Shown here: positions 52,741 through 63,279 of the stretch, piece after piece
How positions within the stretch are numbered: the stretch's first letter is position 1
How the letters are laid out: the number at the start of each line of letters is the position of its first letter
The notes under the pieces: model-generated
The model's input: the letters and a program-made list of their open reading frames with translations, nothing else
Databases searched by the model: none
Told to the model about the DNA's origin: nothing
Position numbers and translations under genes: made by a program
NCBI GenBank assembly: GCA_038523235.1
Contig: JBCBJQ010000002.1
Coordinates: 96,001-160,000 of the forward strand
Reading direction: 5' to 3'
Source: Cyanobacteria bacterium J06626_4
GTDB lineage: Bacteria; Cyanobacteriota; Cyanobacteriia; Phormidesmidales; Phormidesmidaceae
DNA length: 64,000 nt

Positions 52741-52848
52741 GAGCCTGTCCTTCAAAAATCAGGTCAGCTCGAATCGATTCGGCATAGTTGAATTGTCCTC
52801 AATTTGCCTCTAGCCGAACAGAGGCAGTTGTCGTGAATTGTTTTGGTG

Positions 52849-52871
52849 ACAGTTTCAATTATCGAAACTGT
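52849..52871. promoter_or_regulatory. Operator-like palindrome ACAGTTTCAAT-T-ATCGAAACTGT
   Basis: 10 of 11 positions complementary; about 110 nt upstream of the 52740 start. Confidence 0.5.
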
Positions 52872-52983
52872 TCTGGTGGAAATCAGTCAAACAAGACCAT
52901 TGGTTTATGCCAATGCTTAGTGCTCGGACTCCTCCCGATAGCAGAATCCCGAATTCTGTAGAAAGACCTCGCTCTAGAAAATC

Positions 52984-53712
52984 CTAGGCGTCGGCTGCTG
53001 GCCACAGGGAGGTGGTCTGCCGCAGGCTGCTGAAGTCGCCATTGCCAAGAATCAGATGATCCAAAATGGGAATGCCCAACAGCTGCGACGCCTCTAACAA
53101 CTGCTGGGTGAGGCTGATATCTTCTGGGCTGGGGTCAAGATTGCCGCTAGGGTGATTGTGAGCAATGATGACTCGGGTAGCCCCCTGGCGAATCACTTCT
53201 TTGAAAATATCGCGGGGATGGGCCAGCGTTTCTGTTGCGGTGCCAATGGTGATCACCTTCATCCCCAAAATGCGATGTTTGACATCCAGAAAGAGCACCG
53301 CAAACCGTTCTTGGGCCTGCCACATCAGCTCATGACTCATGGCGGCAGCGGCCACGCTAGGGTCATCGACCACCGTTTTTTCGGGCGGACGTGACTGCAA
53401 GACCCGTTTGCCCAGTTCGATCGCGGCCAAAATGCTGGTCGCTTTCGCTGGGCCGACCCCCGGTATCGTCATCAGCTCTTGAGCGGAGACCTCACGCATC
53501 ACATTCATGGCATCGCGCTGATCGGCGCTTAGGCATTGCAAAATGTATTGTCCTAAGCCCACTGCCGACAGCTTGCCGGGGCCTTGGCCAGTGCCTAACA
53601 AAATGGCGATCAGTTCGGCGGTGGCCAGGGTTTTGGCACCCTGGGCCAGCAATCGCTCACGGGGGCGATCGCCCGCAGGCATGTCAGTTACCCGCACTTG
53701 GTAAGTCGTCAT
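52984..53712 (-). CDS. radC: RadC/JAB domain protein
   Basis: RPRERLL..G...[12 protein letters not shown], Hh[24 protein letters not shown]. Confidence 0.93.
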   Translation of the reverse strand: MTTYQVRVTDMPAGDRPRERLLAQGAKTLATAELIAILLGTGQGPGKLSAVGLGQYILQCLSADQRDAMNVMREVSAQELMTIPGVGPAKATSILAAIELGKRVLQSRPPEKTVVDDPSVAAAAMSHELMWQAQERFAVLFLDVKHRILGMKVITIGTATETLAHPRDIFKEVIRQGATRVIIAHNHPSGNLDPSPEDISLTQQLLEASQLLGIPILDHLILGNGDFSSLRQTTSLWPAADA

Positions 53713-53909
53713 AGCAGCACCCGAGTCGATAAAGTGAGAAGATTTCTTTGTTGGGACTGACCCATCGCCCTCTGGCATCTTCCAAATTTTGGGGAACGTT
53801 GCATCCGGTTTGCTTAAAATTGGGGGGAAAGGGGGCTGAAACTAGATGCAACTGTGTCAGTCCTGTCTGTACTCAGTAAGCCCAGGCCACTTGTGCCCAT
53901 AACGTCGCC

Positions 53910-54347
53910 ATGACCGCCACCGATTCCAGTTCGATTGATGCCAGTGCCATCGATTACCGAGCCCTTAAAAAGCAGTTGGCGCCGTTCAGCCGGTTAGAAA
54001 CGCCGCCAGTGCTCTCTGATGCTGAAAGCGCGGACGTGCGGGCGGCTCTCAAGCACTTCAATGAGGCCGCTGACTATGAGACCTTGGGCGTCTGCGCCGA
54101 TACGTTGGCGGTGGGGCAGGCGGCGATCGAAGCCTATGTCGCGGCCTTGAGTCGCCCGATTCAGCTTGACCTCGACCCGCGCAGCGGCCCCGTCTATCTG
54201 AAGTTCAATACGCTCAAAGGGGCCTGGTACTTAGACGATTATGTTGGCACTGCGAGGGGCGTTTTGATTTCATTTCACGCTTCTGAGCCTGAAGTCGACG
54301 TCATCAACGGCACCTATGGGCCGTTTCCGTTTGATTTGTTTGGCTAG
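53910..54347 (+). CDS. DUF1824 family protein
   Basis: LGVCAD, GPVYLKFN, Y.G.ARGVLIS, TYGPFP.DLF. Confidence 0.8.
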   Translation: MTATDSSSIDASAIDYRALKKQLAPFSRLETPPVLSDAESADVRAALKHFNEAADYETLGVCADTLAVGQAAIEAYVAALSRPIQLDLDPRSGPVYLKFNTLKGAWYLDDYVGTARGVLISFHASEPEVDVINGTYGPFPFDLFG

Positions 54348-54690
54348 GTTTGAGCAGTCAAGGTGGTTGCTCGCAACCGAATATCCGGAGGGGCGGGTGC
54401 CTGATAGTGATGAAATCCAGGTTCCAGCCAAACTTGCCCCGACTGTACCGGCATATGCTTGCCCGACAATCGCCTCAGTGAGCCAACGCCCCCCCTGCAC
54501 TCGGCGTGACAGTTGATGAGCTGGCTGAGCCAGGTAAGTAATAGAGCGGCCTGACATCCGTGAATCTTCAGATTGTTGTGCCACCCGCTATGACAGCTTG
54601 GGTAGTGTCTTGGGGGCGCGATCGCCTAGAAACCGACACGATAGAACGGTATTCGTAGTCAGGTTTGTTGAAGTGTCTGAAAATCGCGTT

Positions 54691-54834
54691 ATGAACCAGC
54701 AAAAGCACTGCCCCAAATGTGGGGAAACGAAACTTAAGCGCATCCAGGTGCGGGGCATCAAGAAATGCAGCAGTTGTGGCACATTTGTTGATCTTCGCCA
54801 GGGCACCTGGTGGCGCAAACTATTGTCTGCCTGA
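54691..54834 (+). CDS. Small zinc-ribbon protein (47 aa)
   Basis: CPKC...CSSC pairs followed by an amphipathic WWRKLL tail. Confidence 0.55.
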   Translation: MNQQKHCPKCGETKLKRIQVRGIKKCSSCGTFVDLRQGTWWRKLLSA

Positions 54835-55104
54835 CGATCGCGATCGCCGGTTATTGCCAACTTGATTAGAGATACACATTGAAAGGTTTGTAGAGATGAA
54901 TGGCTATCTGTTTCGGCAGATAGCTTTTTTTATGCTCTCGTTTTAAGGTCAAAAGAATGAACGATTTACTCCGGCTGGAAAACTAAAAATAACCCGCAGA
55001 AATGGCGGTTGTGGGTTTTCTCTCGACAGGATGTGGATAAAAATTGAGAAGGCTGCTCCGATTGTTGTGGGTAGCCGCTGGAAATCTAGCAAGGAACGCC
55101 GGAT

Positions 55105-55506
55105 ATGCTCACGATCGCCGACATTATGACCACCACCGTGCAGGTGATTGATCGCCTGGCCACCGTCGCGGATGCGATTGTGCAAATGCAGACCCATGGC
55201 GTGCGATCGCTGATTGTAGATCGGCCTTCGCCAGAGATGCCCTACGGCGTTTTGACTGAACGCGACGTGGTTTACAAAGTCTTTGCCCGCAAGTTGGAAC
55301 CAGCGCGGGTGATTGTGCAAGACATCATGCGCCAGCCCTGTATCGCGGTTGAGCCCCATATGACCTTGAGAGAAGCGGCCTTGCTGATGTCTGATGCAGG
55401 CATTCAGCGGGCACCGGTCATCAAAGATGGCGAATTGCTGGGCATTGTGTCGGTGACGGATCTGGTGATGAAAGGCTATGTGGCCAGCACGGTATTGCCG
55501 AACTGA
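55105..55506 (+). CDS. Tandem CBS domain protein
   Basis: DIMT..V, YGVLTERDVVYKV, RAPVI....LLGIVSVTDL; AAGGA RBS. Confidence 0.9.
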   Translation: MLTIADIMTTTVQVIDRLATVADAIVQMQTHGVRSLIVDRPSPEMPYGVLTERDVVYKVFARKLEPARVIVQDIMRQPCIAVEPHMTLREAALLMSDAGIQRAPVIKDGELLGIVSVTDLVMKGYVASTVLPN

Positions 55507-55598
55507 GCGATCGCCGGTGATTGCCATACCCACGCGCCAGCCTGACGGTTTATAACAACTCTGGCCTTTTCAGTCTCTAGCCTCTTTATGCTGGAGGC

Positions 55599-56825
55599 AT
55601 GAGCATTGGTGGTTGTGAGGAGAGCAGTGTCGTAGTGAAGCGGGTAATTAGACCACTACAAAAAATCTGGCAGCGATTTATCGTTAGTGAAGCGCAAATT
55701 GCGGGTCACCTGGAGGCAATTCGGGCACAGCTGCCGACGACAGAAGTGATTTTGATCGGCAAGCCCCAGGCCGGTAAAAGTTCGATTGTGCGCGGCATGA
55801 CCGGCCAGCCCGCAGACATCGTCGGGCAAGGGTTCAAGCCCCATACCCGCAGCACTCAGCAATACCCGTATCCCGCTGCGGATCTGCCGCTGCTCATCTT
55901 TACCGACACGGTGGGATTGGGCGATGTTGAGCGCCAGACCCAAGAGATTGTGGCAGATCTGACCCAAACGCTTCAGGCTGATGCCGGGCGATCGCGCCTT
56001 TTTGTGCTGACGGTGAAGATTACGGACTTTGCCAACGACAGTCTGCGTCAAGTGATCTCTGAACTCAAGCAAGCGTTTCCCCTGATTCCCTGCATTCTGG
56101 CGCTGACCTGCCTGCACGAACTCTACGCCACCCCCACGGATGACCATCCCGACTATCCGCCCCAATTTGAAGCCATTACCCGTGCCGCCGAAACCACTGA
56201 AGCGAATTTTGGGGCGCTGTGCGATCGCAGGCTGCTGCTGGACTTCACGCTCGAAGAAGACGGCTACGAGCCCACATTTTATGGATTAGAGGCGCTGCGG
56301 GAGGCGCTGGACGACCTGCTGCCCCAAGCCCAAGCTCAGGCTATTCACCAACTGTTGGAAACCGATGAACGCGGCAAAGCGATCGGCGATTTGTATCGCC
56401 GGGTGGCCCGCCATTACATCAGTGCCTTTGCGGTCATGGCGGGCATTGCGGCGGCTGTACCGCTGCCCTTTGCCACCATGCCGGTCTTGACCAGTCTGCA
56501 GGTGTCAATGGTGGTGGCGTTGGGGCGGGTTTATAACCAAACGCTTACCTTCGGTCAAGCCCTCGGGGTAATTGGCACGCTAGCGGGGGGCTTTTTCGCC
56601 CAGGCGATTGGCCGTGAACTGGTGAAATTTATTCCAGGCATTGGCAGCGTGGTGGCGACCTCTTGGGCCGTGGCCTATACCTGGGCTTTAGGCGAGGGTG
56701 CTTGCGTCTACTTTGGTGATCTGATGACGGGCAAGGTGCCCGATCCCGAGGCCATTCAAGACCTGATGGGAGCCGCCTTTAAACAAGCCGAGCAAGATTG
56801 GCGCGAGGCTCAGCCAGATGATTAG
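55599..56825 (+). CDS. YcjF/DUF697-type P-loop GTPase
   Basis: G1 GKPQAGKS, G3 DTVG, C-terminal hydrophobic DUF697-like region; start may be GTG 55635. Confidence 0.8.
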   Translation: MSIGGCEESSVVVKRVIRPLQKIWQRFIVSEAQIAGHLEAIRAQLPTTEVILIGKPQAGKSSIVRGMTGQPADIVGQGFKPHTRSTQQYPYPAADLPLLIFTDTVGLGDVERQTQEIVADLTQTLQADAGRSRLFVLTVKITDFANDSLRQVISELKQAFPLIPCILALTCLHELYATPTDDHPDYPPQFEAITRAAETTEANFGALCDRRLLLDFTLEEDGYEPTFYGLEALREALDDLLPQAQAQAIHQLLETDERGKAIGDLYRRVARHYISAFAVMAGIAAAVPLPFATMPVLTSLQVSMVVALGRVYNQTLTFGQALGVIGTLAGGFFAQAIGRELVKFIPGIGSVVATSWAVAYTWALGEGACVYFGDLMTGKVPDPEAIQDLMGAAFKQAEQDWREAQPDD

Positions 56826-56945
56826 TCCTGCCTGGCGGCAGTCTCCCGCCCCTTGGGCTGTGACCGCCCTTAAACCCAAATCCTTAAACCTTAAACCCGA
56901 GTCCGTGCCGCAAACTCATTGCTGAATGCAGAGGCCTGTTTCCTA

Positions 56946-58919
56946 ATGTTGAAGCTCAAACGTTGGCAATGGACGGTGTTAGCGATCCCACCGCTAACGC
57001 TGTTCATCGGTCTCTTGATTCTCTCAGGCCTGCAGCTGCAGCAATGGGGCCTGAGTTGGGTCTGGGCGCTGGTGGCGATCGCCGCCGTTGGCTGGCGTTG
57101 GGGCTTTAGCCAGTGGACCAAATCCAACCCCGTGGCCCTGGAGCAAAAGCTGTCGGACGTGCGATCGCAGCTACAAGATACCCTGGCCGAAACTGCTCAG
57201 CAAGTGCCGCCTGACCACGTAGAAACGGTGCTGCGTCAAACCCTTGAAGCCGCTCAGGCCGATCCGCCCATTTGGGAAGATTGGGCCAGCTTTGCCCAGC
57301 GCTGCCAGACGCTGATTCGCGATATTGCCCATCTCTATCATCCCGAGGTGAAATATCCCCTGCTCAATATTTATGTGCCCCAGGCTTACGGCTTGATTCG
57401 GGGCACGGTGGATGACTTGGATCGCTATATGCGCGTGGCGGCTCCGGCGTTGAACCAGGTCAGCGTTGCTCAGGTTTACCAAACCTACGAAACCTATCAG
57501 GCACTAGAGAGGCCCCTGCGGCGATTAGGGACGGTGCTGGATCTGAGTCGCTGGCTTTGGAATCCGATTGGGGCGGTGATCCGAGAAGTGGGACGGCCCC
57601 TCGGGAACCAGGCTAATCAGCAACTGGTGGCCAATTTTGATCAGACCTTGCGAGAAACGGCGCTAACGATTTTGTGCAAGCAGGCGATCGCCCTCTATGG
57701 CGGCATCACCGCACTCGATTTTGTCCAAGCTGCCCCTGACTCGGCTCAAAGTAAAAGTCTGCGGGCTCTGATGGAAGCGGCTGACTCACCCCAGGCGATC
57801 GCTGCAGAGCCGATTAATTTGCTGCTGGTGGGTCGCACCGGAGCAGGTAAAAGTAGTCTGATCAACACCCTGTTTCAGCAAGATCGGGCCGAGGTCGATG
57901 TACTGCCCAGCACCGATCAGATTGCCAGCTATCGGTGGGAAACTACCACGGAAGAGGCCTTGGTGCTGTGGGACAGTCCCGGTTATGAGCAGGTCGATCG
58001 CACCAACTTTCGGCAACAGGTGTTGGCCCAGGCGGCTCAAGCGGATGTGCTGCTGCTAGTGAATCCGGCCCTCGATCCAGCCCTCGAAGCCGACCTTGAC
58101 TTCTTAAAAGATCTGGCGCGTGAAGGCCAGGAGATTCCCACCTTGCTGGTCGTGACTCAGGTTGACCGCCTACGTCCCGTGCGCGAGTGGGCACCGCCTT
58201 ACAACTGGCAGCAGGGCGATCGCCCCAAAGAGCGCAACATTCGGGCGGCGGTGGACTATCGGCAAGAGCAGATGGGGGACTGGGTGCAACAAATTTTGCC
58301 GCTGGTGACCCAGTCAGATACCGAGGACCGCAATGCCTGGGGCAGCGATGCTCTGGCCACCCAACTGGTTGAGGCGATCGCGCCCGCTAAATCCCAACGG
58401 CTGGCCCAGTTTCTCCGCAGTCGCGAAGCCCGCATCACCGCCGCCTTGCGCCTGATCGAACGCTATGCCCTACAAATGAGTAGCAGTCAGGGCATTGTGG
58501 CGCTGGTCAAAACGCCGCTATTTACCTTTTTATCGGCGCGCTTCACCGGCACGCCGGAACTGGGCACCTTACTGGCCCAGTCGCTGCCTGCCGAACAGGT
58601 GCCGGTGATCGCCAGCAAAATGATGCTGACCTATGAGCTTGCAGCGTTGCTCAACGAGCAGGGCACCCTCTTTCGACCCGGCGAAATTCTCAAGTTGTGG
58701 CCCATTTTGGTGCAAAACAGCGATCGCGCCCCGGCTCAAAACGCTTGGGCCTGGGGACAAGCGCTGGTGGAATATTGGACGAAAGATCTCTCAGTCAATG
58801 CCCTCAAATCTCGCTTCGCTGACTATCTGGAGGCGTCGCAGGCCATGCCTACTGCCCTTCAAGCGGCGACTGAAGATGCCTCTATTTCCAGTAAAGGCTT
58901 AGATGAAGCCTTACCTTAA
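56946..58919 (+). CDS. Membrane-anchored Era/YcjF-like GTPase family protein
   Basis: Two N-terminal TM helices, G1 GRTGAGKS, G3 DSPG, G4 TQVD. Confidence 0.8.
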   Translation: MLKLKRWQWTVLAIPPLTLFIGLLILSGLQLQQWGLSWVWALVAIAAVGWRWGFSQWTKSNPVALEQKLSDVRSQLQDTLAETAQQVPPDHVETVLRQTLEAAQADPPIWEDWASFAQRCQTLIRDIAHLYHPEVKYPLLNIYVPQAYGLIRGTVDDLDRYMRVAAPALNQVSVAQVYQTYETYQALERPLRRLGTVLDLSRWLWNPIGAVIREVGRPLGNQANQQLVANFDQTLRETALTILCKQAIALYGGITALDFVQAAPDSAQSKSLRALMEAADSPQAIAAEPINLLLVGRTGAGKSSLINTLFQQDRAEVDVLPSTDQIASYRWETTTEEALVLWDSPGYEQVDRTNFRQQVLAQAAQADVLLLVNPALDPALEADLDFLKDLAREGQEIPTLLVVTQVDRLRPVREWAPPYNWQQGDRPKERNIRAAVDYRQEQMGDWVQQILPLVTQSDTEDRNAWGSDALATQLVEAIAPAKSQRLAQFLRSREARITAALRLIERYALQMSSSQGIVALVKTPLFTFLSARFTGTPELGTLLAQSLPAEQVPVIASKMMLTYELAALLNEQGTLFRPGEILKLWPILVQNSDRAPAQNAWAWGQALVEYWTKDLSVNALKSRFADYLEASQAMPTALQAATEDASISSKGLDEALP

Positions 58920-59128
58920 ATCGCAGCAGCTTTCACTCCTGAAGTGAAAGTGATCGCCCCTCCCATGGCGCCAGATACAAAACGCCATGATTCAACACGG
59001 TAATTGTTGCTAGCGCGATCAAACGTTAAAGCTTTTCAAGAAGGGTTTACTCGCGCTCGTGGCGCAGGTTCATTTTTTTATACTGAACGGGTATTGCAAA
59101 ACCGTGCAAATGCCTGGAGGGCAGAGCC

Positions 59129-59329
59129 ATGAGCCATACTTACGAAGCTTTCGTAGACATCAAAGAATACGCCAGCAGCCAAGGTCTTTCCCCGTTAATT
59201 TACACAGAGCGTTACGAAGTTAGTGCCTTGTCTCCTCAAGAGGCAGACGAAGTAGCCCTGTCTAAAGCCACGGGCATCCACCCCAAAGCGACAGAATTTG
59301 ATATCCGAGTTACCCGCCTGCTCAAATAG
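59129..59329 (+). CDS. Small hypothetical protein
   Basis: GGAGG RBS, 66 aa, plausible composition. Confidence 0.6.
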   Translation: MSHTYEAFVDIKEYASSQGLSPLIYTERYEVSALSPQEADEVALSKATGIHPKATEFDIRVTRLLK

Positions 59330-59495
59330 TTGATGTCGAGCTTTTGCCAATGGCTGGCTGAGCGTCAGCGGCTTGCATCGGCGTCATTTTGGGTGAGTCG
59401 ATCAGTCGTTAGGGATGTGAATACGGCCATGGTCCCCATCGCTGAGCAGGGTGAATGACCATTTGCCCTGCCTCGCTTACTTAGGTGACCAGAGG

Positions 59496-59768
59496 TTAAG
59501 CTTGCTCAGCATTCCTCTTCTCAGCATCTCTGAGGAAGAGTTTGCGGCCCCGCAGGGTGGATTCGGCATGAATCTGCTCCGCGGTGTGAAACGTGAAGCG
59601 GCGATCGCCCCGATGCTTCACCCATTCTTGCTGGATGGTCGGGTCGGGAAATTTACCTTGTTCGAGTTGGCTCATCATCTTGGGCCAACGCGTCTTCAAA
59701 TGCCTGACCTCGCCAACATAGAGCTGTATGTTGCCAAAGTTGGCGACGGCGTAGATTCCAGAGGCCAT
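59496..59768 (-). CDS. Small GIY-YIG-like protein
   Basis: SGIYAVAN......LYVGE...LKTRW; GAGG RBS. Confidence 0.6.
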   Translation of the reverse strand: MASGIYAVANFGNIQLYVGEVRHLKTRWPKMMSQLEQGKFPDPTIQQEWVKHRGDRRFTFHTAEQIHAESTLRGRKLFLRDAEKRNAEQA

Positions 59769-59879
59769 AACCTCGACTCATCGCTAAATTTTTCATAAGC
59801 ATGCCCTAGGACGGCTAATAATGCCACTCTTCAAACCAGCACCAATTTCTTACCTGGCCGAGAACGCGACAATGAGTGG

Positions 59880-61994
59880 CTATGAGCCGATGTTCTTGGC
59901 ATTTGTAAAAGAATATTGATGCGGGACGGGTAGCTGACGCGATAAAGCGGCGGCGATCGCAGTGCCCCCAAAAACGGCGCTGGCAGGCAGCAGGGGGAGC
60001 CAACCCTCAGCCATAAAGATGACTGCTGGGATGCCCACTAAGGCCAAGCTGCCGCCGACCAAGCCCAGACTAAACACCCAGCGCCGTTTGACTGTTCCCC
60101 CTAAAATGGTGCCGCCGACGGCCCAGAGACCGATCCAAACCAGTTCGCCGATTTCTGGTAAGGCCCAGCGGAGCGGACGTTCATCTAGGGCAGCGGTAAT
60201 AATCTGGCTGGTCGCCTGGGCATGCAACATCACCCCCGGCATCAAAAAATCGGCCTCAGCCCCCGCGCTGTAGGGCGTGAGAAAGAGATCCTTCGCAGAG
60301 GCAGCGGTTGTGCCAATTAGCACAATGCGATCGCGCACCATCTCCGCGCTAAAATTGCCCGCCAGGACAGTACTTAAGCTGAGCTGTGGCACGGCGGCAT
60401 CTGCAGCACGATACTGCAGCATGAGCTGATAGCCCGCCGTATCGGCGCGACGATAGCCGCCAAACTGGGGAGCGAGCGGCGTGAGCGTTGTGCCGTTAAG
60501 CGTGAGGTGATCGACTTGCGCTTCACTGGCCAAGGGCAGAATGCCTTCGGGCTCAAGATAGGCCAGCGCTAACCGTAGTGCTAACGACTGCAGCACCTCC
60601 GTCTCAGAACGTTCATCCGCTGAGGCTAGCAGCAGGCTGCGTCGCACGACGCCATCATCATCCACTGGAAACTCATTGAAACCGACCCGTTCCGGGGGCA
60701 GGCCAGGTGGGGCCGGAATCGCCTCCGCCGATTGATCGTCGAGCTGCCGAATGGTGATGATGTTGTCCGCGGCTAGCGTTTCCAACAGTGCTGCTTGCCC
60801 TTCCCCTTGGGGAATGTCGCGATAGAGGTCGAGCCCAATCAAGCGAGGATTGTAGGCCTGCAGCGTTTGAATCGCTTGACTCAAGATGGCGTCGCTGGGG
60901 GTACTTTGCTGCAGGGTCTTGAGGTCGGCTTCGGTGATTTCGACCACGAGCAGGCGATCGTCCGGCGGCAGCGCCGGCTGCCACTGGGTCCATCGGTCAT
61001 AGAGCATTAGCTCTAACGGAGCCCAACCGCCTAGCTGACGGATCACCAGCACTGCCGCGGTCACGAGCAGAGGCCCAAGTGCCTGGCTCAGCCGGCGGCG
61101 AGTGGCTGGTTGAGTCGGCGGTAGCAGCGTTTTGAGCTGAGTTTCCGGCAGGTCGGGGGGGGGCGGGGCGGCCAGGGTGTCGAGTTGGGCCAAATCAGCA
61201 AGGGCCGCTGCCGCCGAGGGATAGCGCTGGTAGACCGAGGCTTCGGTGAGCCGCTGTAAAAACCGCCTTAACCCTGGACTCACCGTCGGGGCGGCAGACT
61301 CCCAGAGCAGTTCGCCGGTGTCACGATTTTCGGGCAGGTCAGTCGGTGATCGCCCGGTGAGGCCGCGAATCACCGTCATGCCTAAGGAGTATAGGTCGCT
61401 GCTGTAGCGGGGCCGACCGGCCATTTGCTCGGGGGCCGCATAGCCCTGGGTGCCAATGCTGACAGTCAGCTGCTCGCTACCCGCGGTATAAAACTCAGTG
61501 GTGATGGCCTTGACTGCCCCAAAGTCGATCAGCATGAAGCGGCCATCGGCATGGCGGCGCATCAGGTTGCTGGGCTTGATGTCACGATGCACGACTTCTT
61601 GCTCATGGATGAACGCCAGAATCGGCAAGATATCTTCGAGCAACGCAATGATTTCTGCCTCGGTATACCGGGGATGCTGTCTGAATAGAGTGCTCAGCGA
61701 ATTGCCGTCGATGAATTCTTGAACGAGATAAAACTCTCCCTCTGATTCAAAGGCATCTAACAGGCTAGGAATGCGATCGTGGGTGCCCAAGCGCTGCAGC
61801 GCCGCAGCTTCTGATTCAAACAGACGGCGAGCAGTGGTCAAAAATTCGGGTTCTGCTTTAACCGGTGTCAAATGCTTGATCACACAGTGCACGGAGTCCT
61901 GTTGGCAATCTACCGCCAAGTAGGTTTTGGCAAAGCCGCCTTGCCCCAACGGTTTCAGCAGCTGGTACCGTGATCGCAACAGTTTTTCTATCAT
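59880..61994 (-). CDS. Ser/Thr protein kinase with CHASE2 sensor domain
   Basis: GQGGFAKTY, HRDIKPSN, DFGAVK, GTQGYAAPEQ; CHASE2 (IGLDLYRD, D.DGVVRR, IVLIG, MPGVMLHAQ) and three C-terminal TMs. Confidence 0.92.
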   Translation of the reverse strand: MIEKLLRSRYQLLKPLGQGGFAKTYLAVDCQQDSVHCVIKHLTPVKAEPEFLTTARRLFESEAAALQRLGTHDRIPSLLDAFESEGEFYLVQEFIDGNSLSTLFRQHPRYTEAEIIALLEDILPILAFIHEQEVVHRDIKPSNLMRRHADGRFMLIDFGAVKAITTEFYTAGSEQLTVSIGTQGYAAPEQMAGRPRYSSDLYSLGMTVIRGLTGRSPTDLPENRDTGELLWESAAPTVSPGLRRFLQRLTEASVYQRYPSAAAALADLAQLDTLAAPPPPDLPETQLKTLLPPTQPATRRRLSQALGPLLVTAAVLVIRQLGGWAPLELMLYDRWTQWQPALPPDDRLLVVEITEADLKTLQQSTPSDAILSQAIQTLQAYNPRLIGLDLYRDIPQGEGQAALLETLAADNIITIRQLDDQSAEAIPAPPGLPPERVGFNEFPVDDDGVVRRSLLLASADERSETEVLQSLALRLALAYLEPEGILPLASEAQVDHLTLNGTTLTPLAPQFGGYRRADTAGYQLMLQYRAADAAVPQLSLSTVLAGNFSAEMVRDRIVLIGTTAASAKDLFLTPYSAGAEADFLMPGVMLHAQATSQIITAALDERPLRWALPEIGELVWIGLWAVGGTILGGTVKRRWVFSLGLVGGSLALVGIPAVIFMAEGWLPLLPASAVFGGTAIAAALSRQLPVPHQYSFTNAKNIGS

Positions 61995-62321
61995 GAACCA
62001 ACGCTCACCAACGATGCGGGGCAAACTTGCCCCCTTCTAGCCCGTTTACGCACCGGGCAGCCGTGGCCACAGTCATAGTGGACGCCAAAGCCTTTTCTAA
62101 CGTAGACGGCCATGGTTGATTTATCCTAACTGGCGATTTCCTCTATTCTCTATCCCAGGGGCACGACGCCGGATCAGTAGATGTTTTATCCTAATAAAGA
62201 CTGATGAAGCGTGCTCTGTTTATCTATTGCCCAATGGCGAAACCGATCGCGTCTTCGATCTGCAATTTTGCTCCGGTAGAAAAACTGGTCTGGTTTCTGC
62301 CTACACCGATATTGACAACGC

Positions 62322-63161
62322 ATGCTGGATCGCTTACTCGACCTCTCTACCAACTTTGGCATCGACACCCTGTTGCTGTTGCCAGTGCTCATCGCGCTGG
62401 AAGCTGTTCTGTCTGCTGATAACGCGATCGCGCTGGCCGCGATCGCCCAAGGGCTAGAGGCTGAAAAGCAGCAACAGCAAGCGCTCAACATCGGCCTAGT
62501 CGCGGCTTTTATTCTGCGAATGTCGCTGATTTTGACGGCCTCATGGGTGCTGCAGTTTTGGCAGTTTGAGGTGGCCGGAGCAGGCTATCTGTTATGGCTG
62601 GTCTACCAACATTTTACGGCAGATGAAGACGCCGCCCATCACCACCATGGCCCGCGATTTGCCACCGTCTGGCAGGCGATTCCCACGATCGCGCTGACGG
62701 ATCTGGCCTTTTCATTAGATAGCGTTACCACTGCGATCGCCCTCTCGCGTGATGTTTGGGTCGTGCTGCTGGGCGGCACCATTGGCATTATCACGCTGCG
62801 CTTCATGGCTCAGCTCTTTATCCGCTGGCTCGATGAGTATGAGTATTTAGAAGATGCAGGCTTCATTACCGTTGCTTTTGTCGGGATTCGCCTGTTGCTG
62901 CGAGTGGTCAACGACAGTTGGGTACCGCCTCAGTGGTTGATGGTTGGGCTCATTGCGGCAATTTTTGCCTGGGGCTTTTCCAAAAAGACCGCTCCACCAG
63001 CGTCGGCAGATGCAGTGTCCACTCCTGAAGATACTGGTGCTGAATCCGCAGACTTAGTGCCGACACCGGAGCTGGAGCCGAGCCAGTCAGCAATCTTAAC
63101 CGAACCGCGCCAGCCCGCTGGTATTGCCACTGCAGAGAGCGAACCGCAAGGCATTGAGTAG
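62322..63161 (+). CDS. TerC family membrane protein
   Basis: LEAVLSADNA and DLAFSLDSVTTA motifs. Confidence 0.9.
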   Translation: MLDRLLDLSTNFGIDTLLLLPVLIALEAVLSADNAIALAAIAQGLEAEKQQQQALNIGLVAAFILRMSLILTASWVLQFWQFEVAGAGYLLWLVYQHFTADEDAAHHHHGPRFATVWQAIPTIALTDLAFSLDSVTTAIALSRDVWVVLLGGTIGIITLRFMAQLFIRWLDEYEYLEDAGFITVAFVGIRLLLRVVNDSWVPPQWLMVGLIAAIFAWGFSKKTAPPASADAVSTPEDTGAESADLVPTPELEPSQSAILTEPRQPAGIATAESEPQGIE

Positions 63162-63279
63162 GAGTTTGGTAATGCCAAGTCAAATCCTTGCCGTCGGGGA
63201 TGCTATTTTGGGGCGATGCCTTGAAGGGCAAGTTCAGGCTGCATTTGGTTTACTGTGACTGTACCCCTGCTGGTATCGA

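Noticed and set aside
61991..62113. 40-codon minus-strand ORF (MAVYVRKGFG...) or psaM near terC
   Set aside because: No PsaM-like TM helix and no recognisable homology; probably leader sequence of the kinase gene.
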